Assembly (NCBI GenBank): GCA_963732355.1
Contig: CAVSZD010000007.1
Coordinates: 658,983 to 722,982, forward strand
Length of the DNA stretch: 64,000 bases
Direction: 5' to 3'
From: an uncultured Actinomycetota bacterium
GTDB lineage: Bacteria > Actinomycetota > Actinomycetes > S36-B12 > UBA10799
Shown: piece by piece, positions 46,653 to 56,395 of the stretch
Layout of the letters: every line of letters starts with the position of its first letter
How positions within the stretch are numbered: the first letter of the stretch is position 1
Notes under the pieces: generated by a model
The model's database searches: none
What the model was told of the DNA's origin: nothing
Seen by the model: the letters and a program-made list of their open reading frames with translations, nothing else
Program-made: the position numbers and the translations under genes

Positions 46653-47487
46653 CGCTGACCTCCTGCAGATCCGCGCCAATGTCCAGCACCTTGACCGAAT
46701 GGGTCAAGGCTCCGACAGCGACGTAGTCGACCCCCGTCGTGGCCACTTCCGCTGCGTTGTCCAGCGTGAGCCCGCCGGATGCCTCAAGCTGGGCGCGCCC
46801 CGCAGTGATCACGACCGCCTCATGCATCTGCTCGGGGGTGAAGTTGTCCAGCAGCACCAGGTCCGCCCCCGCGGCCAGCACCTCGCGCAACTGTTCCAGG
46901 GAGTCAACCTCGACCTCCACCGGCAGACCGGGGAACTCGCGGCGCACAGCCTCGAACGCCTGCCTCACTCCGCCGGCGGCCACGACGTGATTGTCCTTGA
47001 CCAAGGCGGCGTCCGACAGCGACATGCGGTGGTTCACGCCGCCACCGCAGCGCACGGCGTACTTCTGCAGGGCTCGCAAGCCCGGCAAGGTCTTGCGAGT
47101 GTCGCGCACCCGGGGTCCGTCCGGACCGAGTCGCTCGACCCAGGCGGCGGTGGCGGTGGCCACACCGGACAAGTGCGTGAGCAGGTTCAAGGCCGTGCGT
47201 TCGGCCGTCAGCAGGTCGCGGGTGCGCCCCACCGCGCTGAGTAGTACCTGTCCAGGCTCGATGTGATCCCCGTCAGCGGCAAGGATCTGCACGTCGACCG
47301 GCGCAACCGTTTCAAAGACCCGCCGCGCCACATCCAGCCCGCAGACCACACCCGCCTGTCTGGCCACGAAGTCCAACCGGGAGCGTTGGTGCTCGCTGAT
47401 GGTGGCAACGGAGGTGACATCGGGGCCGTCGGCGAGGTCCTCAGCCAGAGCCACAGCGATGAGATCGTCGATCCGGTCATCGTTCAC
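46636..47487 (-). CDS. nadC: nicotinate-nucleotide diphosphorylase (carboxylating)
   Basis: ALAEDL..GPDVTS, TRKTLPGLRALQKYAVRCGGGVNHR and LLDNF motifs. GTG 47487 overlaps the nadB stop (GTGA). Confidence 0.9.
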   Translation of the reverse strand: MNDDRIDDLIAVALAEDLADGPDVTSVATISEHQRSRLDFVARQAGVVCGLDVARRVFETVAPVDVQILAADGDHIEPGQVLLSAVGRTRDLLTAERTALNLLTHLSGVATATAAWVERLGPDGPRVRDTRKTLPGLRALQKYAVRCGGGVNHRMSLSDAALVKDNHVVAAGGVRQAFEAVRREFPGLPVEVEVDSLEQLREVLAAGADLVLLDNFTPEQMHEAVVITAGRAQLEASGGLTLDNAAEVATTGVDYVAVGALTHSVKVLDIGADLQEVSDASDD

Positions 47488-49076
47488 AAGGCCGCCTCCT
47501 TCGTCACCATCACTCCGTCCACCACCTGCGTCTGCAACCGCAACAACCACCGGTCATCAGCCAGCGGGAAGTCCTCACGCCAATGCGATCCGCGGGTTTC
47601 CTCGCGCGCAAGGGCCGCCTGGGCCAACGACCGGCCCACGAAGAGCAGGTTGGACATCTCCCAGGAACCGGTCGAAGGGGTCCCAGACCCGAACGTCGAC
47701 AGGTCCTCCATGGTCGCAGCCAATGACTCCGCACTGCGCAAGACGCCGGCGCCTTCGGTCATGGACCGCTGGAACCGGCGCCGAGCCGTCTCGTCGGCTG
47801 TCCATGGCCGGGTCTTGGGAACGGGATCTGCGCGCACGAGTTCCTGGCCGGCCAGGGCATCGGCGATCCTGTCGGCGAAGACCAGGCCTTCCAGCAGGGA
47901 GTTGCTGGCCAGCCGGTTCGCTCCGTGAACACCTGTGCAGGAGCACTCACCGCACGCGTAGAGCCCGGCCACCGTGGTCCTGCCCCACAGATCCGTGCGC
48001 AGCCCGCCGGAATGGTAGTGCTGGGCCGGAGCCACGGGAATGAGATCCATCGCGGGATCGATGCCCTGTTTCAGGCAGGACGCCAGGATCGTCGGGAAGC
48101 GGGTGGGCCAGTCGATCTTGCGGCCGTCCAGCCAGACATGGTCGCTACCGGTGGCCCTCATCTGCCGCATGATCGCCTTTGCAACCACATCGCGCGGAGC
48201 GAGTTCCTCAAGCGGATGGACTCCCACCATGAAGCGCTTGCCCTGGCCGTCCAGCAGTACCGCTCCCTCCCCGCGCACGGCCTCCGAGACCAAGGGCTGC
48301 TGGCCTGCCGCCTGTGGGCCGAGGTAGAGCACGGTGGGATGGAACTGCACAAATTCCATGTCTGCCACGACCGCTCCTGCCCGCAGACCCAGACCGATGC
48401 CGTCGCCGGTGGCCACCGGTGGGTTCGTCGAGGCGGTGAACACTTGGCCGATGCCGCCTGTGGCGAGCACTACGGCCGGGGCCAGAATCGCCCCAACACC
48501 GTCTCGCTGGCCCTCGCCCATGACGTGCAGAGTCACCCCCTGGGCCGATCCGCGGGCATCCAACAAAAGGTCGAGCACCAGGGCGTGCTCGATGACCTCG
48601 ATCCGCTGGCCCACTTCGCCGACCAGTGCGCGCAGAATCTCCGAACCGGTGGCGTCCCCACCGGCGTGGGCGATGCGGTCGGTCAGGTGTCCGCCCTCCC
48701 GGGTCAGGGCGATGTCCCCGTCGGGCGTCCGGTCGAACTCCGCGCCCCACTTGATCAGCCGCCGCACTGCGGCCGGACCGGATTCGACAAGCACCCGTAC
48801 CGCCGCCTCGTCGCAGAGGCCAGCACCGGCGACCAGTGTGTCCTGCAGGTGCGCCTCGGGGGTATCACCAGGAGCCAATGCCGCAGCGATCCCGCCCTGC
48901 GCCCACCGCGTGGACCCTTCATCGACCTGCGCCTTGGTGACCACGACCACCTTGAGACCGGCCCGGCGCGCGCGGATGGCCGTTGTGAGACCAGCGATCC
49001 CCGAGCCGACCACGACCACGTCGGCCTCGATGAACCAGCCAGGTGCGGCCGCGCTGAGGGAATCCGGCAAGACCAC
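47484..49076 (-). CDS. nadB: L-aspartate oxidase
   Basis: VVVVGSGIAGL FAD motif, STRWAQGGIAAAL, HLTDRIAHAGGDATG, and the C-terminal RGSHWRED. Start GTG 49076, 2 nt after the panC stop. Confidence 0.9.
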   Translation of the reverse strand: MVLPDSLSAAAPGWFIEADVVVVGSGIAGLTTAIRARRAGLKVVVVTKAQVDEGSTRWAQGGIAAALAPGDTPEAHLQDTLVAGAGLCDEAAVRVLVESGPAAVRRLIKWGAEFDRTPDGDIALTREGGHLTDRIAHAGGDATGSEILRALVGEVGQRIEVIEHALVLDLLLDARGSAQGVTLHVMGEGQRDGVGAILAPAVVLATGGIGQVFTASTNPPVATGDGIGLGLRAGAVVADMEFVQFHPTVLYLGPQAAGQQPLVSEAVRGEGAVLLDGQGKRFMVGVHPLEELAPRDVVAKAIMRQMRATGSDHVWLDGRKIDWPTRFPTILASCLKQGIDPAMDLIPVAPAQHYHSGGLRTDLWGRTTVAGLYACGECSCTGVHGANRLASNSLLEGLVFADRIADALAGQELVRADPVPKTRPWTADETARRRFQRSMTEGAGVLRSAESLAATMEDLSTFGSGTPSTGSWEMSNLLFVGRSLAQAALAREETRGSHWREDFPLADDRWLLRLQTQVVDGVMVTKEAAL

Positions 49077-49078
49077 CG

Positions 49079-49882
49079 CTACCTCACCTCCACTGCACAG
49101 TTGTCCAGCAGTCTGGTGGATCCCACACGCGCGGCGATCAGTAGACGGCACGGACCTGGTGTGGGAGCCGAAAGATCGGTACCCCGGACCACCGCGTAAT
49201 CGATATCGAGTCCCGCGAGCTCAGCGGTCGCCGCCGCTTCGATCGCAGCGACATCGGTGTGCAGTCTGCCCGCGCGCAGGGCGCTCGGGATCGCCGCTGC
49301 CAACTGACGCTGTTCGCCCGACAGGTACACGTTCCGGCTGGATCGGGCCAACCCGTCGGGTTCCCGGGAGGTGGGTACACCCACGACGTTCACCGGCGCG
49401 TCCAGGTCCTTGACCATCGAGCGGATCAGCGTCAACTGCTGGTAGTCCTTCTCCCCGAAGTAGGCATCGTGAGCGGCAGTCAGGTTGAGAAGTTTCATCA
49501 CAACAGTGAGTACCCCCCGGAAGTGGCCGGGACGGGCTGCACCCTCCAGGTCGGACCCAAGGGGACCCGGATCGACGCTCACCACAGCGTCGGGGCCGTA
49601 GATCTGATCGGAGGCGGGGGTGAAGACCGTGTCCACGCCGAGCGCCTCGCACAGCCCGAGATCGGCATCCAGGGACCGCGGATACTTGTCGAGATCCTCG
49701 TTCGCACCGAACTGCATGGGATTGACGAAGATGGTCACTGTCACGTGATCGTCGGTTTGCCGCGCAGCTCGGATGAGGCTCGCGTGACCTTCATGCAGGG
49801 CCCCCATGGTCATGACGACCCCGCGGCGCTTCCCGGTCGAGTGGTCGGCGAGGATCTCTGCGCGGGTCGTGAGGCGTCTCAT
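49079..49882 (-). CDS. panC: pantoate-beta-alanine ligase
   Basis: TMGALHEGHASLIR (HIGH-type motif), NPMQFGANEDL, GEKDYQQL. Confidence 0.92.
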   Translation of the reverse strand: MRRLTTRAEILADHSTGKRRGVVMTMGALHEGHASLIRAARQTDDHVTVTIFVNPMQFGANEDLDKYPRSLDADLGLCEALGVDTVFTPASDQIYGPDAVVSVDPGPLGSDLEGAARPGHFRGVLTVVMKLLNLTAAHDAYFGEKDYQQLTLIRSMVKDLDAPVNVVGVPTSREPDGLARSSRNVYLSGEQRQLAAAIPSALRAGRLHTDVAAIEAAATAELAGLDIDYAVVRGTDLSAPTPGPCRLLIAARVGSTRLLDNCAVEVR

Positions 49883-50736
49883 GGCTGGCCACCCAACGCA
49901 TTGAGCAAACCCTCGGCAGCGACGGGCCGCAGCAGACCCTCTGCCAGCGCCCGGTCGGCGGTCAGACGCGCCAGGGCCACGTAGGCAGCCAACAACTGCG
50001 GGTCCGTGCTCAGCACCTGCACGTGGGCCGCGACGGTCTGGGCGTCCCCGCGCACGACCGGACCGGTCAAAGCGTGGTAGCCCATCCGCAAGGCGTTGTC
50101 CAAGCTCGCCTGCAGCAAGGGCGTGAGCAGACGAGCGGGGGATTCGACGCCCGCAGCGGCGAGGATCTCCGTGCCGGAGGCGACCAGCGTGATGAGGTGG
50201 TTCGCGGAGTGTGTCAACGCAGCGTGGTACAGCGGGCGCGCATCCTCGGGGATCCAGACCGGCTCGCCACCCATCTCAACCACCAGTGCCTCAGCAGCCA
50301 TCCGCAAAGCCTCCGGCGACGTCACTGCGAAAGGCGTGCCCGACAGGCGCTCCACATCCAGGCTGGTGCCCGTCAGCGTCATCGCAGGATGCAGCGCCAA
50401 AGGCAGGGCGCCGCGGCGGGCGGCGGGGTCGAGCACACCGTGGCCGTAGCGGCCCGAGCAGTGCACCACGAACTGACCGGGCGTGAACTCAAGAGCCTGC
50501 GCCAGCGCCGGCAACGCGTCGTCGGGCACCGCAAGCAGCACAAGATCACAACGGGCGACGACCTCCTCGACGCTGACCAGTTCGGTTGCCGGAAGCATGC
50601 TCGCCGCGCGCTCGCGCGAAGCATCGCTGACGGCATGGGCGGCTACAACGGGATGGCCCGCTCGGGCGAGGGCACCACCCAGGGCACCACCGGCACGGCC
50701 CACCCCGATCACGCCGGCACGAAGGCGAACACTCAC
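49879..50736 (-). CDS. Rossmann-like and DUF2520 domain-containing protein (putative ketopantoate-reductase-like)
   Basis: N-terminal GVIGVGRAGGALGGAL dinucleotide fold and a C-terminal DUF2520-like helical domain. Coupled by a 4-nt overlap to panC. Confidence 0.8.
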   Translation of the reverse strand: MSVRLRAGVIGVGRAGGALGGALARAGHPVVAAHAVSDASRERAASMLPATELVSVEEVVARCDLVLLAVPDDALPALAQALEFTPGQFVVHCSGRYGHGVLDPAARRGALPLALHPAMTLTGTSLDVERLSGTPFAVTSPEALRMAAEALVVEMGGEPVWIPEDARPLYHAALTHSANHLITLVASGTEILAAAGVESPARLLTPLLQASLDNALRMGYHALTGPVVRGDAQTVAAHVQVLSTDPQLLAAYVALARLTADRALAEGLLRPVAAEGLLNALGGQP

Positions 50737-51596
50737 GCTGGCGAGCCTACCGAGGAACGTTCGGTGAACAACCAGCCGAAGGACCCCAGACCGCAGCGAT
50801 CACGTAGAACCCGTAGTTGCGCGGCCTGCGTTGCCGATTCCGGCACGCAGTGCTCAAGGACCCGGTGTTGAGGAACCAACCGTCCCCCAGTGCGCGCCCG
50901 GCATGCCCGCAGATCCACACCGGCGCACAGATCCACCCCCGCCGACACCCCGGGGGGCATTCGCCGTCCTCGTCGGTGCCCGACCGGGGTCCCGCCCATG
51001 AAGTCCACGGCTATCGCCTCACCGGCGCTGACTTTGCCCACCAACGCGGCCCACACCTCGTCGCGACGCAGCCCCAGCACCCCCGGCTGGCCACTGCTCC
51101 AGGTCTGTAGCCACCGCATTTCAGCAGGTGTGACGGATCGCGCCTGCCGGCCGGAGGTTGTCAGGACGTACCCCCGGTCCACAACGTCCACGGGGATGTC
51201 GTCGAGGAATTCATGGGCCAGCAGCAGCCCCCGCACGGTTGGGACGCAGTCCGGCGCGATTCCTTGGATCCACGTCACGGGAAGATCCGGTGGCGCTGCC
51301 CGCACGTCCACTCCAAGAAGCCGATCGGGCGGGAATCCGAGGCCGATCAGCTGCCCAAGCAGGCGCCCGTCACCCGCCCCGACGTCCACGATCCATGGGT
51401 CTTGGATGCCGTGGCGAATAGCCGCCGCATGGCAGCGATCCAGGATCACGCGGGCGACATGGTCGCCTACCCCGATGGACGTGACGAAGTGGTCCTGGGC
51501 TTGCTCGTTGCACGAGAACCCTCGCTCATCCCGATGCGTCCAGTCCATGGCCTCGGACCACGTCATCTGGTCGGTGAACTTCAGTTCTGCATCCAC
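50733..51596 (-). CDS. SAM-dependent methyltransferase-like protein (MidA/NDUFAF7, DUF185-like)
   Basis: VDVGAGDGRLLGQL motif I, LLLAHEFLDDIPVDVV, DLCAGVDL and the C-terminal LGSFGWL resemble MidA-family proteins. Confidence 0.7.
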   Translation of the reverse strand: MDAELKFTDQMTWSEAMDWTHRDERGFSCNEQAQDHFVTSIGVGDHVARVILDRCHAAAIRHGIQDPWIVDVGAGDGRLLGQLIGLGFPPDRLLGVDVRAAPPDLPVTWIQGIAPDCVPTVRGLLLAHEFLDDIPVDVVDRGYVLTTSGRQARSVTPAEMRWLQTWSSGQPGVLGLRRDEVWAALVGKVSAGEAIAVDFMGGTPVGHRRGRRMPPGVSAGVDLCAGVDLRACRARTGGRLVPQHRVLEHCVPESATQAAQLRVLRDRCGLGSFGWLFTERSSVGSPA

Positions 51597-52885
51597 CGGG
51601 TGCTCTTGTCAGCGGCACGGGCCGTGCGCATCCGTTCGGTCTGCATCCTGAGGAGTTCGTGCGCCTGGTCCTGGCCGAAGTGTTGCCACTGGGCGCGGAT
51701 CCGTCCCGGCGGGATGTCCAGGTGGATGCTCGCCAGACCGAGCGGGCGCTCCCAGGGACCCTGGGTCATGCGCACCGATTGCACACGGGCGTGATCGACG
51801 ATCTGCCGGCGCCTGGTCACACGGCCTCTCTGCAACACCGCAATCCGCTCGTCGGCGCCGGCAGCCAAGTAGCGCCACTGGATCGGGGATCGTCGTTTGA
51901 CCGTCTCCCGGGGTGTGACCATCGTGATGTTCTCCGGCTGTACGCCCGGCATGACCCGACGGAAGAGGTCCTCGGCGACCTCACGGGGAGCCACCGGAAG
52001 CAGCACGGACTCAGTCCCGGAGTCGTCGTCGGCCTTACTCAGCCCGGCCACCGTCACGTAGAGGCGGACCCAGCCCTTGCGCCGCCAGAACAGCGGCTCC
52101 ACGAACTCGACGGCACATACTCGCCCGGGCGGGATGGTGCGCGACTGCGTCTGGATCAAGCCGTGCCGCAACCGGATACCGTCGGGCGATTCGGCCACGG
52201 TGAAGTTGTACAGCTGGGCGAATTCGGTGACCACCATCACCAGCGGAACACCACCGAGCAGTAGCGGGAGGATCCCGGACCAGCCGGCGGCCATGATGTT
52301 GCCCACCACGATCAGAACTGTGGCCAGCAGCAGGAAGACCGTGACGGCGCGCAGCAACAGCGACACGAGCAGATCTTTGGCGGGTACAACAAGCAGCGGG
52401 GCCTCTGGCGCCTCGCCAGCCGTGTGCTCAAGCCCTGCCGACCGGGCCAGGATCTCGCTGCGCAGGGTCGACGCGTCGGCGTCGGTCAGGTACTGCAGGT
52501 CGGCCCGAGAATCACCGGCCCCGGCAACCTCGATACGCAGGGCGGCGAATCCGAACACCCGCGCAACCAGCGGCCGGTTGATGTCCACGGTCTGCAGCCG
52601 CGAGAGCTGGAGACGGCGTTCCTGCTGGAAGACGACCCCGGACTGCACCCGCAGATCTCCGTCGTCGTCGAACCAGAACTGCAGGCGTCGGTAGGACAGA
52701 TACTCATATCCCAGCGCGATCGCCGCGACGACGATGGTCAGCCCCAGTACCCCCAGTGTGCCCATGGGTCGGGAGAACAGGGCCTGGCCTCCGGTGATGA
52801 GGACAGCCAGGAATAGAGCGGGCAGGTAGGTGGAGACCTTGACGATCGGGGTGATCGGATGAACATGGCTTCGTTCGGTGCTCAC
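51581..52885 (-). CDS. YdbT-like membrane protein with repeated bacterial PH (bPH_2/DUF304) domains
   Basis: 434 aa with alternating TM hairpins and PH-like segments (LQLSRLQTVDINRPLVARVFGFAALRIEVAG; RVQSVRMTQGPWERPLGLASIHLDI). Confidence 0.75.
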   Translation of the reverse strand: MSTERSHVHPITPIVKVSTYLPALFLAVLITGGQALFSRPMGTLGVLGLTIVVAAIALGYEYLSYRRLQFWFDDDGDLRVQSGVVFQQERRLQLSRLQTVDINRPLVARVFGFAALRIEVAGAGDSRADLQYLTDADASTLRSEILARSAGLEHTAGEAPEAPLLVVPAKDLLVSLLLRAVTVFLLLATVLIVVGNIMAAGWSGILPLLLGGVPLVMVVTEFAQLYNFTVAESPDGIRLRHGLIQTQSRTIPPGRVCAVEFVEPLFWRRKGWVRLYVTVAGLSKADDDSGTESVLLPVAPREVAEDLFRRVMPGVQPENITMVTPRETVKRRSPIQWRYLAAGADERIAVLQRGRVTRRRQIVDHARVQSVRMTQGPWERPLGLASIHLDIPPGRIRAQWQHFGQDQAHELLRMQTERMRTARAADKSTRWMQN

Positions 52886-53382
52886 AACCCGGCCGATCGC
52901 TGCTCACCCCTGGCAGCCAGTCGGTCGCGCAATGCGGCCGCAGTCTGCGGACTCAGACCGGGGATCGCCGCATCCGTGGTGGCAGCTGCGGTGTGCAACT
53001 GCACGGATGTGAGGCCGAATGCCCGATCCACAGGGCCTGCCTTCACATCCACGAGCTGCAGCCGGCCATACGGCACGATGACCAGGCGCTGGAACCAGAT
53101 GCCGCTGCCGACCACCAGGTCGTCAGCACGCTCGGCGTACCCCCAGGACCTCACGCGCCGCCCGATCCAGGGCCACCCGATGACCACCATCAACAAACCG
53201 GCGAGCACCACAAGCCCCCCGATCCAAACGGGCTGCACGAGAATCGCGACCACGACCCCGCCGACGACGACGGCCCCTGCGAACATGGCCAGCATCAGCC
53301 TTCGCACGGTGATCAGTTTCGGTGACAGCGACTCCCAGTTGTCGCCATCGGGCCGGAAAGCCACCTCCACCTTGGATGTCAT
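52882..53382 (-). CDS. YdbS-like membrane protein with one bPH_2 (DUF304) domain
   Basis: A TM hairpin followed by IVPYGRLQLVDVKAGPVDRAFGLTSVQLHTA. The stop overlaps the ydbT-like start. Confidence 0.75.
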   Translation of the reverse strand: MTSKVEVAFRPDGDNWESLSPKLITVRRLMLAMFAGAVVVGGVVVAILVQPVWIGGLVVLAGLLMVVIGWPWIGRRVRSWGYAERADDLVVGSGIWFQRLVIVPYGRLQLVDVKAGPVDRAFGLTSVQLHTAAATTDAAIPGLSPQTAAALRDRLAARGEQRSAGL

Positions 53383-53430
53383 GACCCGAGTCTAGATCCG
53401 CGGCACCCCGGCACCGGCCCTGGCGGACGC

Positions 53431-54321
53431 CTACTGCTGGGCGAAGTCGAGCACGTCGCGACCCAGCCGACTGCTCATGGCTGCACGCAGGTGACCTTTG
53501 CCGGGGTAACTGATCAATCGGCAGTCCGGAATCAGAGCGGCGGTCTCTTCGACGATCTGGTTGTTGAAGAAGAGGTCCTCCTCGGCGCTGATCAACAGCA
53601 CGGGGACGGTGATCTGGGCGAGCACCCCCCGGGCGTCGAAGTCCCGCTCAGCCTGCGCCTCCACCATGAGGTCGGCACTCGACACGTCGCTGCCCGCGAA
53701 GGCAGGTCCGGCCACCCGGCCGAGCAGTTGGCGCTGGCGCTGCTGCCCAGGATCGGGGAAGACGTACTCTGCCATGGCTTCCCCAGCCTCTTGCACCTGA
53801 TCGGACGCTCTAGCACTTGCCCAGCGGTAGTCCACGTCGCGGCCCCAATCTGTGATGGTCGCAGCGGACAGAGCCAGGACCACCTTGCCCACCCGGTCAG
53901 GATGTTCAGCCGCCAGGTACTGCGCGATCATTCCGCCGTACGAGAGCCCCACGGCCACCTCCACCCGGCCGCCGAAACGTTGCGCGATCAGATCCGCGTA
54001 GTCATCAGCCATGTCCGCGACCGTGTAGCCCGGGGTCATTCCCGCTCTGCGACCCACCACCCAGACCGAGAACCCGGCCTTGGTCAAGGGCAGGAACTGG
54101 CTGCCCGACATCGCGCCCAGCAGCCCCTGCGGGATCTCGCTGCCAGGACCGCCCGGCAGCCACAGGATGTTGCGCGCACCCTCACCCCACCGCCCGTACT
54201 GCATCCCGTTGGCGAACGTGCCGGTCTCGGTCGGCAGGTTCGCCATGATCTTGCGCAGTTTGGCCGTCACGAGACCGACCAGGGCGGCGGTGCCGACACC
54301 GATCACGATCTCCTTCTTCAT
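53431..54321 (-). CDS. alpha/beta hydrolase
   Basis: N-terminal TM anchor, nucleophile elbow GLSYGG, C-terminal His region (GKGHL). Confidence 0.75.
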   Translation of the reverse strand: MKKEIVIGVGTAALVGLVTAKLRKIMANLPTETGTFANGMQYGRWGEGARNILWLPGGPGSEIPQGLLGAMSGSQFLPLTKAGFSVWVVGRRAGMTPGYTVADMADDYADLIAQRFGGRVEVAVGLSYGGMIAQYLAAEHPDRVGKVVLALSAATITDWGRDVDYRWASARASDQVQEAGEAMAEYVFPDPGQQRQRQLLGRVAGPAFAGSDVSSADLMVEAQAERDFDARGVLAQITVPVLLISAEEDLFFNNQIVEETAALIPDCRLISYPGKGHLRAAMSSRLGRDVLDFAQQ

Positions 54322-54399
54322 CAGGTGCCTCCCAGTTCAGGGTAGTCCCAGTCATCAGCCACGGGCCCCGGCTCTGGCGGTCGCCGTTAGCCTGATCAT

Positions 54400-55020
54400 G
54401 TGGACATCGATCGTTTCGCGGCTTTCCTCGTGGCCTCCGTGATCGTCCTGATGATCCCCGGCCCCACGATCCTGCTGGTGGTCACCCGGTCGTTGAACCA
54501 CGGCACGAGTGTCCGGCGGGCAACGGTCGCGGGGGTTGTGCTCGGGGATCTCGTGGCCATGACCGCGGCGATGCTGGGGGCGGGAGCGATCCTGCTGGCC
54601 TCCGCCGAACTGTTCACAGCCCTGCGCATCGCAGGTGGGGTGTACCTGTTGTGGCTGGGAGTGAAGACCTGGCGCTCACGCGGCCGGCAATGGATGCTCG
54701 AACAACCACAGGAGACCTCGCCGCGACGGGTGTTCGCCGAGTCGTTCGCAGTGACGGCCACCAACCCCAAGAGCATCGCGTTCTTCGTGGCCTTCGTCCC
54801 GCAGTTCATCAACCCGGCCTACCCGTGGCTGCCGCAGACCGTGGCGATGATCCTGGCTTTCGTCATTCTGGGTGGCCTCAATGCGCTGACCTATGCATGG
54901 CTGGCAGGCAGAGCGCGCGGGGCGATGCTGAACCCCACCACCCGCCAGCGGGTGGCGCAGACCTCCGGTGGTGTCCTCATCGCCGGCGGGGTGGCCGTCG
55001 TCGCCACAGCCCACGGGTGA
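54400..55020 (+). CDS. LysE/RhtB family amino-acid exporter
   Basis: FLVASVIVLMIPGPTILLVV is the LysE N-terminal signature. Six TM helices, 206 aa. Confidence 0.85.
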   Translation: MDIDRFAAFLVASVIVLMIPGPTILLVVTRSLNHGTSVRRATVAGVVLGDLVAMTAAMLGAGAILLASAELFTALRIAGGVYLLWLGVKTWRSRGRQWMLEQPQETSPRRVFAESFAVTATNPKSIAFFVAFVPQFINPAYPWLPQTVAMILAFVILGGLNALTYAWLAGRARGAMLNPTTRQRVAQTSGGVLIAGGVAVVATAHG

Positions 55021-55024
55021 TCAG

Positions 55025-55744
55025 GTGACGTACTACCAGCGCCGCCTGTCCGCGGTCCACGCCCGCGACTACACCGCCTACGCGCAGGCGGCCGCAACCC
55101 TGGTGGTGCGGGAGTTGAACGGGCAGACCGGGACCGTCGTGGATCTCGGTTGTGGTGCCGGTGACCTAGCGCCGACCGTGACTGCTGCCGGTTTCGACTA
55201 CCTCGGGGTCGATCTGAGCCCGGACATGCTGGCACTTGCGCGCTCGCGGTACCCAGACGCGCGGTTCGAGCAGGGCTCGGCCTTCGACTATCCACAGGAG
55301 GGCTCCGCGATCGCGGTCGTGGCGGTGGGCGAGGTCTTGAACTACCTGACCGATCCACGTGTTGGGCTGGCTGGACTGATGCCGTGGTTACGCAGGTGCC
55401 GCGACCTACTCGCCCCGGACGGCTTGCTGCTGATGGATCTGGCCGGTCCGCTACGGGCTGATCCGCAACCCGCCACGCGGGTCTCGCGCGGCGACGGTTA
55501 CACCCTCAAGGTCACTACCAGTACAGACGCCGCCCGCACCCTTCTGACCCGCGCGATCACCTTGACCGACGCGGAAGGCACGCAGACCGAGATCCACGAA
55601 CTGGCTCTCATCGAACCCCTCGAGATCATGGCTGCGATGCGCGCGGCCGGCTTCGAGGTCACGGCGCTGTCCAGGTACTCCGAGGACCTGCCGTTTCCGC
55701 GCGGGTGGTCGGGATTCCTGGCTCGGGTGATACTCGAACAATGA
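55025..55744 (+). CDS. class I SAM-dependent methyltransferase
   Basis: VVDLGCGAGDL motif I. GTG 55025 chosen as start, 5 nt after the lysE-family stop. Confidence 0.75.
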   Translation: MTYYQRRLSAVHARDYTAYAQAAATLVVRELNGQTGTVVDLGCGAGDLAPTVTAAGFDYLGVDLSPDMLALARSRYPDARFEQGSAFDYPQEGSAIAVVAVGEVLNYLTDPRVGLAGLMPWLRRCRDLLAPDGLLLMDLAGPLRADPQPATRVSRGDGYTLKVTTSTDAARTLLTRAITLTDAEGTQTEIHELALIEPLEIMAAMRAAGFEVTALSRYSEDLPFPRGWSGFLARVILEQ

Positions 55745-56337
55745 GCACCCAGACCACATCGTCGCGTGGCTTGAGGCCGCTTGTTCCGGTTCTGATCATG
55801 CTGGCCGTCATGTGGCTGCTGGAGATCGTCGATGCCGTACTCCCCGGCGATCTCGACGGGTACGGGATCGAAAGCCGGGAGGTCGATGGCCTGACCGGTG
55901 TTGTGGCCTCGCCGTTCCTGCATGCCGATTTCGCGCACCTGATGGCGAACACGGTCCCCTTCCTGATCCTGGGATCAATCGTCGCCCTGCGGTATCCGGA
56001 GAAGTTCTGGCGGATTGCGATCACCATCACCGTGCTCGGCGGTCTCGGGGTCTGGCTGCTCGGCCCCTCCAACACGATCACCATCGGGGCCAGTGGCGTG
56101 GTCTTCGGTTTCCTGACGTACCTGATCACGGCAGGAATCCTGACCCGGCACTGGCTCGATGTCGTTATCGCGCTGGGCGTTTTGTTCGTCTACGGCGGCA
56201 TCCTCGTTGGAGCGTTGCCGTTCGGCGTCGAGGCGGGTGTCTCGTGGCAGGCGCACCTGATGGGCGCGCTGGCCGGGGTTGTGGCGGCTCTGCTCTTCGC
56301 CCGACCCAGGTCGCCGCTGCCGCAATTGGCCCAATAG
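55741..56337 (+). CDS. rhomboid family intramembrane serine protease
   Basis: HADFAHLMANT and GASGVVFG catalytic motifs, plus a later H (AHLMGALAG). ATG 55741 overlaps the upstream stop (ATGA). Confidence 0.85.
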   Translation: MSTQTTSSRGLRPLVPVLIMLAVMWLLEIVDAVLPGDLDGYGIESREVDGLTGVVASPFLHADFAHLMANTVPFLILGSIVALRYPEKFWRIAITITVLGGLGVWLLGPSNTITIGASGVVFGFLTYLITAGILTRHWLDVVIALGVLFVYGGILVGALPFGVEAGVSWQAHLMGALAGVVAALLFARPRSPLPQLAQ

Positions 56338-56395
56338 CCGGCAGGATCGCAGGGAAGACTCCACGCGAGCCACGCCAGCAGGGCAGGATGGTGCG

